Under the pieces are notes generated by a model. The model worked only from the letters and a program-made list of their open reading frames with translations. It was not told where the DNA came from and ran no database searches. DNA of 64,000 bases from Candidatus Zixiibacteriota bacterium (lineage in GTDB: Bacteria; RBG-13-66-14; B26-G2; WVWN01), in contig JAUWLW010000009.1 of NCBI GenBank assembly GCA_030613505.1, positions 1,110 through 65,109 on the forward strand, read 5' to 3'. This document shows positions 1 to 8,641 of this stretch, piece after piece (within the stretch, counting starts at the first letter, position 1; the number at the start of each line of letters is the position of its first letter). The translations under genes were made by a program, and so were the position numbers.

Positions 1-3000
1 GCGACCGGCGACGTAGGCGAGCCGGAGTTGCTAATGCGCCGCGTCCACGTCGCCGCGCCGCCCGAGGCCCACGTTTCGGTCGAAGTCGAGAGGGTGTCGT
101 TCGACGTGCGGACGGGCGTCGACTTGTACCCGCGGCCTCGACTGAAGGTCGAGGAGCGCCACGGCGAGCAGACGTTGAGCGAAGAGTTTGCCTACGACGC
201 GGTGGCGTACCGCGAAGGTACGTACCCCGCCAAGTTCGCCGAGCTCGAGGGCGAAGACGTGATGCGCGGCTATCGGTTGATATCGGTCGCGGTTTACCCC
301 TATCAATACCAACCGGCCGCCGGTACGCTGCGGGTAGTCAAAAGCGTAGTCGTACGGGTATCGTTCCGGGGCGGCGTCCGCCGGCCCAACGCCCGATATC
401 CGGCCCGCCCGGCCGAGGACGGCATCTTCACCCGGGTCGTTCCGGCGGTGGTCCTCAACCACGAGGTCGCGTCGCGGTGGCCTTTCGCCGGCGGCATCGC
501 GCCCGCCCGAGACGGCGACGTTTGGCCTACGGACTTCGCCGGCAAGGCGGCGGTGAAGGTAGTAGTGGAGGAGGAGGCGTTGTACCGCCTTAGTTACGCG
601 GAGTTGAAGGCCACCGGCCTCCCGGTGGACACCCTCAACCCCGCCAACTTGCGCTTTTTCGCCGGCCCCGCCAAGCGCCTGCCCCGCGACTTCAACTACG
701 AGCCGCCGGGCTTGACCGAGCTCCCGATTTACGTAGCCGGTCAGGGCGACGGCCGCTTCGACGCGAGCGACTACGTCGAGTTCTACGGCCACGGCTGCGA
801 CTTCTTCGAGCATATCGAGCCCGGTGAAAACGGCGCGCAGAAATTCTCCAAGAATCGGTTCACGAGGTACAACTTCTATTGGCTCGTGGCGGACGCCGTG
901 CCCGGAAAGAGGATGACGGCGGCGGCCGTCGCGCCTACGGGCGGGACTAAACCCGCCTACTTCTGGGACCGATTACGCCTGGAGGAAGATAATCAAGACG
1001 TAGCCGAAACCGAGAACGCAATACTGGAAGAGGACGAGTACTGGTATTGGCGCATATTCAACGCGCCCACCGGGCCGTCGCGGATAAAATCGTTCACCTT
1101 TAAGGACCCGGTCAACGGCGCGGGCGCGCCGAAGACGTATTTACAGATAATGGTCCGCGAGCAAGAGGGCTTGGAGGGCAACGGCCCCCACCACACCATC
1201 GTTTATCTGAATTACCCGGATAAAAACCATATAATTTTCGAAGAAGATAATTACAAAGCGGACGTCGAGACGTACTTCCACCGCCGGTTCCCGAGCAGGC
1301 ACCTCATCGACGGCCAAAATCGCCTTTACTTCGAGGAGGTGGGGGACCGGGCGCCCATCGACTTCATAATGCTCGACCACTTCGAGTTCGAGTACCCGCG
1401 GCACTTCCGCGCATACCAGGACTACCTCCATTTCTCCAATCCGCCCGGTACGAACGGCAAGGTCCTCTTCGAAATCCCCGGCTTTACTACCGATGACCTG
1501 GTCGTCTACGACGTTACGCGGGGCCGGCGGCTGGCGGCTTTCGAAGTTAAGGCCGCGGGTAACGAGTACACGCTTCGGTTCACGGACGACATACCTTCGG
1601 GTCAGCGCTGGTACGTGGCGGCGTCGCCGTCGGCGGCCCGCAAGCCGCGGGACGTTTATCTGGACGCCGGCTCGAAGCTGCGCGACGTGGACGAGAACGT
1701 CGACTTGGTCGTCGTCGTTTACGACGGTTACTACGACAACGTAATGCCGCTGGTTAACCTGCGCCGGGCCGCGGGCCTCAACGTCCTCGTCGCCCGCGTT
1801 ACGGACGTCTACGACGAATACTCGTGGGGGTTGTACGACCCGGGCGCGACGCGGTTATTGGTGAAAGACGTCTACCGTAAGGCGATCTACCGCCCGGGCG
1901 GCGAGCTCCCCGACCACCTCTTCCTGGTGGGCGATGCCTATTTAGACCATCGGGATAACTACGGGAACTTTGCCAACCGCGAGCTTTGGCGCGAGTTCGG
2001 CCGCAACCAGGTCCCCACGTACTACATCAACACGTCGTCCAGCGGCCGTACCTCCTCGGATAACTATTTCGTCGCGATGAGCGCCAGCCTGGCCCCGGAC
2101 CTGGCGGTAGGCCGCTTTCCCGCCCCGTTCGACGATAACATCGACGCCATCGTGGAGAAGGTCGTGGCGTACGAGCGCCACGCGGCCAACGGCCCCTGGA
2201 ATAACCGCGTAATCCTCGTCGCCGACAACGACGACAAGACCGAGTCGGGCGGCGGCCGGGGCGACTTTACCCGGGATAACGAAAACCTGGAGGAGGAGTT
2301 TACCCCCTTGGGTTTCGAGGTCCGCAAGGAATATATCGAATGGCTGACACGCCGTTTCCCCGTCGACAGAATAGAAGAAACGGGTTTCGACTTCATGTCC
2401 CGGGGCGAGCGCCAATATTGGGTCGGTAGGATTATGAAGCCCGATTTCTTGAAGGGCTTCAACGGCATAATCATGCACTACGCCGGCCACGGCGGCCCCC
2501 AAGTTTGGTCCCACGAGAACCTCTTCCTCCACCATAAGGACCTGCCGCCGGTAGACGACGTCGACGCCCTCGAGAACGCCCCGTACTTGCCCGTCATCAT
2601 ACAATGTTCTTGTTCGACCGCCTATTTCGACCAGTGGTACGGGACGGAAAACGAGCCGCTGGATTTCGGGCAATGTATCAGCGAGTACATCTTGCAAGTG
2701 CCGCGTAAGGGCGGGGTCGCGGCGTTGGGCTCGACCCGCCTCGGGTACGAGGGCGCACAACACGCTTTCCTCCAAAGTTTCTACGGCTACGTCTTCCCCA
2801 AGAAGAAGGCGCGGTGGAGCGGCGTAACGGTGGGCGAAGCCCATCTGGTGGGTAAAATAAAAGTCGGCGAAACCATCCGCGACATGTTCGTACTGCTCGG
2901 CGACCCGTCGATGACGCTCGCCACGCCGCGGCCGGGGTTGAAGTTAACCCCCAATAAGGCTAAGGTGAAGCGGGGCGAGAAGGTCAAGGTCGCCGGTACG

Positions 3001-4137
3001 GTGCCCAACAACTTCAACGGCAAGGCCGTGGTGCAGCTTTTCGACCGGCCTTGGTACTTCTACAGCGGCGACATGGACAGGGACATCTACCGGGACCGGT
3101 TGCTCGCTACGACGGATGTCGAGGTCTTGAACGGCCGCTTCGACGCGACGTTGGTCGTGCCGACGATGCCCGTCAATCCTATCCCGAGCTTCGACGCCGG
3201 GCCTCCCGTTGCCGCGGGAGAAGCGGCTCCGGCGGGGGCGGCGTCCGCGGCGGCCGATAACGCGGCCGCGGCCGCGGAGGGGGCCGGACCGCCGGCGCCG
3301 GCCGCGGCGTCGCCGTACCGCGTCCCGTCGCTCGCGCCCGTCGCCGAGGACGGCGTAGTTCACGTTAAAGCCGTGGCTTACGGGACCGGCTTCCGCCGGG
3401 TATACGTCTGCAACGAGGACGTAACGGTCAACGTGGCAGGGGAGGTTAGCTCCGGCGACAACGTCGGCCCGGATATCGACGTCTACTTGAACGATTATTC
3501 CTTCCGCAGCGGCGACCCCACCGACCCGACCCCCACGCTTCTGGTCGACGTGCGCGACGAGAGCGGCGTCCTCGTCGCGCGCAACCTCGAGGCCATAGAT
3601 AAGGATAAGGGCGAGAGAACCTTCGTGCCCTTCTCCGCCCGCATAACTAAACCCGACCCCAAATCGACGCCGACCGTTCTGGACCTCACTTATTATTACA
3701 AGGCCAAGGTGGGCGATTACCGCGGCGGCTCGGTGGAGAAAGAGATTTCGCTGGCAGACGGCGTGAGTACAATCGCCGTGACGGCGTACGACAGCTTGGG
3801 CAATAAGAGCCAGCGGAAGGTCCAATGCGTCGTGAGCGGGGCGTTGGGCATGGCGGAAGTGATGAATTGCCCGAACCCGTTCAAGGACGATACCTACTTC
3901 ACGTTCGTAGCCTCGAGCGACGTCGACAGCCTGGTCATTAAGATCTACACCGCCACCGGGCGCTTGATCCAGAAATTGGAAACCGGCGGCCTGCCGGCGG
4001 GCTACAACCAGATCCACTGGGACGGCCGCGACGGCGACGGCGACCGCATAGCCAACGGCGTTTACTTCTATAAAATCATCGCCCGGGCCGGCGGTGAGAA
4101 GATCGTCGCCCGGCAGAAGATGTTTAAACTGAGGTAG
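1..4137 (+). CDS. Peptidase C25 (gingipain-like) family cysteine protease, 5'-partial. It has an Ala/Pro-rich linker and a C-terminal FlgD-Ig/T9SS-CTD-like sorting domain.
   Basis: The reading frame is open from nt 1, so the gene starts upstream of the window. No signal peptide is visible. C25 catalytic dyad context is present: 'HYAGHGGPQVW' (His) and 'IIQCSCSTAYFD' (Cys). The N-terminus resembles a gingipain propeptide. A low-complexity linker 'AAGEAAPAGAASAAADNAAAAAEGAGPPAPAAASP' is present. The last ~90 aa ('CPNPFKDDTYFTF...ANGVYFYKIIARAGGEKIVARQKMFKLR') match the C-terminal domain shared with the proteases at 8642, 50503 and 52348. Confidence 0.7.
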   Translation, partial: ATGDVGEPELLMRRVHVAAPPEAHVSVEVERVSFDVRTGVDLYPRPRLKVEERHGEQTLSEEFAYDAVAYREGTYPAKFAELEGEDVMRGYRLISVAVYPYQYQPAAGTLRVVKSVVVRVSFRGGVRRPNARYPARPAEDGIFTRVVPAVVLNHEVASRWPFAGGIAPARDGDVWPTDFAGKAAVKVVVEEEALYRLSYAELKATGLPVDTLNPANLRFFAGPAKRLPRDFNYEPPGLTELPIYVAGQGDGRFDASDYVEFYGHGCDFFEHIEPGENGAQKFSKNRFTRYNFYWLVADAVPGKRMTAAAVAPTGGTKPAYFWDRLRLEEDNQDVAETENAILEEDEYWYWRIFNAPTGPSRIKSFTFKDPVNGAGAPKTYLQIMVREQEGLEGNGPHHTIVYLNYPDKNHIIFEEDNYKADVETYFHRRFPSRHLIDGQNRLYFEEVGDRAPIDFIMLDHFEFEYPRHFRAYQDYLHFSNPPGTNGKVLFEIPGFTTDDLVVYDVTRGRRLAAFEVKAAGNEYTLRFTDDIPSGQRWYVAASPSAARKPRDVYLDAGSKLRDVDENVDLVVVVYDGYYDNVMPLVNLRRAAGLNVLVARVTDVYDEYSWGLYDPGATRLLVKDVYRKAIYRPGGELPDHLFLVGDAYLDHRDNYGNFANRELWREFGRNQVPTYYINTSSSGRTSSDNYFVAMSASLAPDLAVGRFPAPFDDNIDAIVEKVVAYERHAANGPWNNRVILVADNDDKTESGGGRGDFTRDNENLEEEFTPLGFEVRKEYIEWLTRRFPVDRIEETGFDFMSRGERQYWVGRIMKPDFLKGFNGIIMHYAGHGGPQVWSHENLFLHHKDLPPVDDVDALENAPYLPVIIQCSCSTAYFDQWYGTENEPLDFGQCISEYILQVPRKGGVAALGSTRLGYEGAQHAFLQSFYGYVFPKKKARWSGVTVGEAHLVGKIKVGETIRDMFVLLGDPSMTLATPRPGLKLTPNKAKVKRGEKVKVAGTVPNNFNGKAVVQLFDRPWYFYSGDMDRDIYRDRLLATTDVEVLNGRFDATLVVPTMPVNPIPSFDAGPPVAAGEAAPAGAASAAADNAAAAAEGAGPPAPAAASPYRVPSLAPVAEDGVVHVKAVAYGTGFRRVYVCNEDVTVNVAGEVSSGDNVGPDIDVYLNDYSFRSGDPTDPTPTLLVDVRDESGVLVARNLEAIDKDKGERTFVPFSARITKPDPKSTPTVLDLTYYYKAKVGDYRGGSVEKEISLADGVSTIAVTAYDSLGNKSQRKVQCVVSGALGMAEVMNCPNPFKDDTYFTFVASSDVDSLVIKIYTATGRLIQKLETGGLPAGYNQIHWDGRDGDGDRIANGVYFYKIIARAGGEKIVARQKMFKLR

Positions 4138-4150
4138 CGTGGTAAACGAT

Positions 4151-5128
4151 ATGAAACCGTTATTTATTGCCGCGGTCCTTCTCGCGATAGCGGCGGCGAG
4201 CGCAAATGCCGACGAAAATAAATACGCCGCCGATTGGATGACGTACGGCGCCGGCGCCCGGGCGCTGGGGATGGGCGGCGCGTTCGTCGCCGTGGCCGAC
4301 GACGCTACGGCCGCCTATTGGAACCCAGCCGGGATGCCCTCGGTGGAGCGGGCCGCCTTCTCCGCCATGCACTCCTACACCTTCAACGGCCTCGCCGCGT
4401 ACGACAGCATTTACGGCGCGTATAACCTCGGCAAGTACGGCGCCGTGGGCGGCGGCCTGTTGATGTGCGCCGTCGACGATATTCCCATTACGGGCTGGAA
4501 CGACCCCGAATCGCCGAACAGGAGGCCCGTGTTGAAAGGGTACGCGGATTCGGGGGATTACGCCGTATACGGCTCGTACGGCCGCGAGTTGTTGCCCAAG
4601 TTTAACGTCGGCGCGAGCGGCATCTTTATAATGGGCCGGCACCTGGAAGACTTCGAAGAAGACGCCAACTCCTCCGGCCAGGCGCTCGACGTCGCGGCCA
4701 AGGCGGGCCCGTTCGGGCCGTTCACCGTCGGCGTGAACGTCCAGAATATATATTCCAATCTGAAATGGGATACCGGTAAGAAAGAGACGATTCCCACCAA
4801 CGTCAAGTTGGGCGGAGCGTACCGGCGCGCGGTCTCGAAGTGGGACAGCGAGTTCACGCTGGCCGCGGACTGCAACGTCAAGTTCGCGGGCTACGACTTC
4901 GCCTCTCAGCTCGCCGCGGGCGACGCGAGCTTCGACTTCTGCGGCGGCGGCGAGTGGTGGTACCGGAGGACGGTAGCGGTGCGATTGGGGAGCGAGCGTT
5001 CCGCCTTGACCGGCGGCGTGGGGCTCGCGGTGAGGGCGCTGGGCGCTTCCTTCGGCATCGACTACGCTTTTCTCTCTGACACCGGGCTCGAGTCCAGCCA
5101 CCGGGCGTCGGCCTCGGCCGCCTTCTAG
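4151..5128 (+). CDS. Outer-membrane beta-barrel protein, PorV/FadL-like (candidate shuttle for CTD cargo).
   Basis: Signal peptide 'MKPLFIAAVLLAIAAASANA'. Signature motif 'GAGARALGMGGAFVAVADDATAAYWNPAGM', which I recall from PorV(LptO)/FadL-like barrels. Alternating amphipathic strands. Ends in a C-terminal Phe (beta-signal). It lies 2 nt downstream of the C25 gene stop. A GTG at 4139 is an alternative start. Confidence 0.5.
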   Translation: MKPLFIAAVLLAIAAASANADENKYAADWMTYGAGARALGMGGAFVAVADDATAAYWNPAGMPSVERAAFSAMHSYTFNGLAAYDSIYGAYNLGKYGAVGGGLLMCAVDDIPITGWNDPESPNRRPVLKGYADSGDYAVYGSYGRELLPKFNVGASGIFIMGRHLEDFEEDANSSGQALDVAAKAGPFGPFTVGVNVQNIYSNLKWDTGKKETIPTNVKLGGAYRRAVSKWDSEFTLAADCNVKFAGYDFASQLAAGDASFDFCGGGEWWYRRTVAVRLGSERSALTGGVGLAVRALGASFGIDYAFLSDTGLESSHRASASAAF

Positions 5129-5176
5129 CGCAGCGCCAGAGGACCCGCGGCCCGCAACCTACAGGGGTTGATTAAA

Positions 5177-5380
5177 ATGTTCGGTTCGATCGGCATTCAG
5201 GAAGTATTACTTATACTGCTTATCGCGCTGCTTTTATTCGGCGCCAAACGCCTGCCGGAGATAGGCCGCGGCCTGGGCAAGGGCATTCGCGAATTTAAGA
5301 AAGCCTCGCGGGATATTAGCGGTAAAATTACCGAAGAAGCGGAAGACAAGGAGCCGGGGAAGAACGAATCAACGCCGTAA
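5177..5380 (+). CDS. tatA: Twin-arginine translocase subunit TatA/E.
   Basis: '[43 protein letters not shown]' is the canonical TatA TM helix plus amphipathic helix. A GGGG RBS-like run lies ~9 nt upstream of the ATG at 5177. A TTG at 5168 is an alternative start. Confidence 0.85.
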   Translation: MFGSIGIQEVLLILLIALLLFGAKRLPEIGRGLGKGIREFKKASRDISGKITEEAEDKEPGKNESTP

Positions 5381-5437
5381 ACGGGCGGCGCGGGAAATCC
5401 GGCGGGCGCCCCTTCCTCCAATTTAATTCCGTAACTT

Positions 5438-6220
5438 ATGGGCGATAAATTGCTCGCGCTCGACGTGGGCAACACGTCTATCGCCGGCGGATACTTCGTC
5501 GGCGGTCGACTCGAGTTTCACGTTGACTTCTCAAGCGACGCGTCGCGGACCGCGGACGAATACGGGGCGCAGCTGCGGCACCTGGTGGAGCTCAACGGCG
5601 GCGCCGCGGCCGCCTTGCCGTCCGTAATGTGCTCGGTGGTGCCGCCGCTCACGTCGTGCCTGGCGGCGGCGCTCGAGAAATATTTCGGCGTAGCGCCGGT
5701 GGTAGTGGGCGACGACTACGACGCGTTGGGCATCGAGGTGCGCTATGAGAACGTGGCGGAGGTGGGCCCGGATCGCGTCGTCAACGCCCTGGCGACGCGC
5801 GAGTTGTACGGCGCGCCGGCGGTGGCGGTGGATTTCGGCACGGCCACTAATTTCGACGTCGTGGCCGCCGACGGCGCGTACGTCGGGGGCGTGATAGCGC
5901 CCGGCGTCGTCGTCTCGGCCAAGAGCCTTTTCGCGGAGGCGGCCCGCCTGGGCGCGGTGGGCCTTACGATGCCGCCGCGGGTGGTGGGGCGAAACACGGA
6001 CGAGGCTTTGCGCGCGGGCATCATCCTGGGCGCGGCGGGCGCCGCCGACGGGATAGTCGAAGCCATACGGGAGGAGAGGGGGGAGCGCGGCGCGTTGGTC
6101 GCGACCGGCGGCCTGGCGAACGTCGTAGCGCCGGTTATGAAGACGGCGCCGCGCGTCGACGCGGACCTCACGTTGAAAGGGCTCGCGCTGTCGTTCGAGC
6201 GGTTGGGCGGCGCGACGTAA
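5438..6220 (+). CDS. coaX: Type III pantothenate kinase.
   Basis: 'LLALDVGNTSI', 'GPDRVVNALA' and 'AVDFGTATNFDV' are CoaX/Bvg accessory factor family motifs. Length 260 aa. Confidence 0.8.
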   Translation: MGDKLLALDVGNTSIAGGYFVGGRLEFHVDFSSDASRTADEYGAQLRHLVELNGGAAAALPSVMCSVVPPLTSCLAAALEKYFGVAPVVVGDDYDALGIEVRYENVAEVGPDRVVNALATRELYGAPAVAVDFGTATNFDVVAADGAYVGGVIAPGVVVSAKSLFAEAARLGAVGLTMPPRVVGRNTDEALRAGIILGAAGAADGIVEAIREERGERGALVATGGLANVVAPVMKTAPRVDADLTLKGLALSFERLGGAT

Positions 6221-6230
6221 AACCACGACT

Positions 6231-7013
6231 ATGAGACGTTGCGGGATTTTGTGGCTTGCGGCGGCCGTTTTTATTTTCACGGCCGCGTGCCGCCGCGGCG
6301 AAGAGGGTGCCGAGAGCGCGGCGCCGGGAGAAGGGTACACGCCGCCGCCGGTGGAGTACGTCGTCGGAAAGATGGACGTGGACGACGACGCCGCGGAACC
6401 GTCGGTGCGTATGAACATAGCCGTCGACCCGTCGACGCCGGCCAAGGATATCGAGCGACTGTTGAACTACTTCGACAAGGAGCGGTACGACGAGTACGAT
6501 ATCGTTTGGGTTAACGTCTACTTCGACGTTGCCAAAGCGCGTTCGCCCGAGGCGGATACGCTGGCGCTGGTGGCGACGCTGCGCGTAAACCGCCCCGGGT
6601 TCCGTGAGCTCAAGCTCTCGGAAGATTTACTGGACCCGGAAGGAACGTTGGGCGGCCGACCCGAAGTCACTACTCAGACCGAGGAAACCCTTTACCTCGG
6701 CCGCCGCGGTCGGATGTTCGACTCCGGCAAGCAAGCGCAAACCCTCGTCGACATGATGGAAGATAAACCCGGCCACGCCCTCTACAGAGTCGTGTGGCAG
6801 AGCCCCGGTAATGCCCAATTGACGTACAGCGTTGAACAGGAGATGTTGGTGCGCGTCCGGACCGGCGTCTCGCGTGAGACGTGGGCCGAGATGTCGTACG
6901 AGGGCTTGGAACGCGCCGCGAGGGGCGCCGGCTTCGGCGGCAAGCGGCGCCACGGCGCCAACTACGTTTACGTTCGGGAAACGGCGGACGAGGCCGAGGG
7001 CGGAGGTGAGTGA
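6231..7013 (+). CDS. Hypothetical lipoprotein.
   Basis: Signal peptide with lipobox 'FIFTAAC'. I recognise no other motif. Confidence 0.4.
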   Translation: MRRCGILWLAAAVFIFTAACRRGEEGAESAAPGEGYTPPPVEYVVGKMDVDDDAAEPSVRMNIAVDPSTPAKDIERLLNYFDKERYDEYDIVWVNVYFDVAKARSPEADTLALVATLRVNRPGFRELKLSEDLLDPEGTLGGRPEVTTQTEETLYLGRRGRMFDSGKQAQTLVDMMEDKPGHALYRVVWQSPGNAQLTYSVEQEMLVRVRTGVSRETWAEMSYEGLERAARGAGFGGKRRHGANYVYVRETADEAEGGGE

Positions 7014-7022
7014 CGCCCTAGC

Positions 7023-8021
7023 TTGCTCGCGCGCGACGTACGCGTCGGCATCACGACTACCCTTCCTATAGAGGTCCTCTGGGCGGCGGGCTATAGGCCG
7101 GTGGACCTCAATAATTTATTCATAGGCCGCGGCGACGCCGAACGCGCGGTGCAAGAGGCCGAAAGCGTAGGTTTCCCGCGTAGCACCTGCGCTTGGATAA
7201 AGGGGATCTACGCCACCGTTAAGGAGGAGGGTTTCGGCCGCGTCGTTGTCGTGACCGGGGGCGACTGTTCCAACGCCGCCGCGCTGGGCGAGGTCTTGGC
7301 GGACGAGGGCGTCGACGTCGTCGCGTTCGCGTTTCCTTCACGGCCGGACCGGGCCGCGACAACCCTCGCCGTAGAGGCGCTCGCCGGCCGATTCGAAACG
7401 ACCGTAAGCGCCGCTGAAGGAGTTTTCGCGCGCCTCTCGCGAAGCCGGGCGCTCCTGGCGGAGGTGGACGAGCTGACGTGGCGCGAGGGCATCGTGTCCG
7501 GCCGCGAGAACTTCGATTGGCTGCTGAAGGCTTGCGATTTCGGCGTCGGGGTCGAAGAATTTGAAGAAGAAGCGACGCGGTTCTTGGCGGAAGTGCGCGG
7601 CCGGCGCGGGCAAACGAAGCGCGTCCGCCTGGGCGTAGCCGGCGTTCCCCCCATCAACGACGACCTCTTTGAGTTTCTGGAGAGTTTGGGGGCCGCGGTC
7701 GTATTCAACGAGCTGCCGCGGCAATTCGCGCTCTTGGCCGGCGGCGACGACCTGGCCGACGCGTACACTCGTTATACCTACCCTTACGGCGCCGGGACCC
7801 GCATAGCCGATATATTGGAAGAGGTAGAACGCCGCGGCGTGCAGGGCTTGGTGCATTACGTCCAATCCTTCTGTTACCGCGGGATCCAGGATATTCTCGT
7901 ACGCCGCGCCGTGCCGGTCCCGGTCTTGACGCTGGAGGGCGAGCGGCCCGGGCCGCTGTCGGCGCAGCAGCGTCTGCGGCTCGAAACGTTCGTCGAGATG
8001 TTGGCCGGGGGTACTCGTTAG
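7023..8021 (+). CDS. 2-hydroxyacyl-CoA dehydratase / benzoyl-CoA reductase subunit family protein (HgdB/BcrC-like).
   Basis: Pattern 'CAWIKGIY...VVVTGGDCSN' and overall alpha/beta layout resemble HGD-D family subunits. It is shorter (332 aa) than typical subunits and no activase gene is nearby. Assignment by recall only. Confidence 0.4.
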   Translation: MLARDVRVGITTTLPIEVLWAAGYRPVDLNNLFIGRGDAERAVQEAESVGFPRSTCAWIKGIYATVKEEGFGRVVVVTGGDCSNAAALGEVLADEGVDVVAFAFPSRPDRAATTLAVEALAGRFETTVSAAEGVFARLSRSRALLAEVDELTWREGIVSGRENFDWLLKACDFGVGVEEFEEEATRFLAEVRGRRGQTKRVRLGVAGVPPINDDLFEFLESLGAAVVFNELPRQFALLAGGDDLADAYTRYTYPYGAGTRIADILEEVERRGVQGLVHYVQSFCYRGIQDILVRRAVPVPVLTLEGERPGPLSAQQRLRLETFVEMLAGGTR

Positions 8022-8092
8022 AGCGGCGGTGCGACGTCGTTAGCTTGAGCCGCGCCGCAATTATGAAAATGAGGGGGTTTCGACATTTTAAT

Positions 8093-8121
8093 TTGACAAC
8101 GGCGGCGATTTAAGTTATAAT
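8093..8121 (+). promoter_or_regulatory. Consensus sigma70 promoter: TTGACA, 17-nt spacer, TATAAT.
   Basis: TTGACA at 8093-8098, a 17-nt spacer (8099-8115) and TATAAT at 8116-8121. An AGGAGG RBS at 8144-8149 and ATG at 8155 follow. A perfect consensus promoter is conspicuous in a 65% GC genome. Confidence 0.7.
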
Positions 8122-8140
8122 GATATTAATAATCATTATC
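8122..8140 (+). promoter_or_regulatory. Fur-box-like operator.
   Basis: 'GATATTAATAATCATTATC' matches 17 of 19 positions of the Fur consensus GATAATGATAATCATTATC. It lies immediately downstream of the -10 hexamer and contains the near-palindrome TAATAATCATTATCA. Confidence 0.6.
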
Positions 8141-8154
8141 AATAGGAGGTTTCG

Positions 8155-8619
8155 ATGCGGAAAGCGTTTGTTGGGCTAGCGGCTTTACTCGCGACGTGGG
8201 TCGCGGCTGCGTCGGCGGCGATGCTGCCAATTACGACCGCTGAGCTGGCGGACCACGCGACGTTGGTCGTCGCGGGGACGGTGGAAGACGTGACGTCGTA
8301 CGCGCCCGACGCCGCCGGGATAATTTTCTCCGAGGCGAAGGTTAGGGTCGGCGATACGGCGGTAGGGTCGAACGCGGACGAGTACGTTACGGTGCGGTAC
8401 ATGGGCGGCGAATACGGCGGCCTGGCGCTCGTAATTATGGAAGAGGCGACGTTCGAGGTCGGCGAAGAGGTAGTTCTGTTCCTCGCCCCCGTAGACGGCG
8501 GCGCGTACAAGTGCCCGGACGGCGCTCAGGGTAAAATGTCGGTGGTTGACGGAACCGTTCTACCGGCCGGAAAAACGTTAAACCAATTCTTGGCCGAGGT
8601 AGCGGCCGCGGGCCGTTAG
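8155..8619 (+). CDS. Small secreted hypothetical protein (154 aa), first gene behind the Fur-box promoter.
   Basis: Signal peptide 'MRKAFVGLAALLATWVAAASAA'. Strong RBS. I recognise no domain. Confidence 0.55.
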   Translation: MRKAFVGLAALLATWVAAASAAMLPITTAELADHATLVVAGTVEDVTSYAPDAAGIIFSEAKVRVGDTAVGSNADEYVTVRYMGGEYGGLALVIMEEATFEVGEEVVLFLAPVDGGAYKCPDGAQGKMSVVDGTVLPAGKTLNQFLAEVAAAGR

Positions 8620-8641
8620 ACTTGACCGGAAGGGTGCGCAA

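Noticed and set aside
31-4017. Long minus-strand ORFs (31..813, 1942..2844, 2944..4017) antisense to the C25 peptidase gene.
   Set aside because: They are Arg/Ala/Gly-rich translations typical of the opposite strand of a high-GC coding region. They have no motifs, and the + strand ORF carries clear protease and CTD signatures.
4160-6445. Minus-strand ORFs 4160..5101 and 5531..6445, opposite the PorV-like, coaX and lipoprotein genes.
   Set aside because: They are antisense shadows with an R/A/G/P-rich composition. The sense-strand genes have recognisable family motifs.
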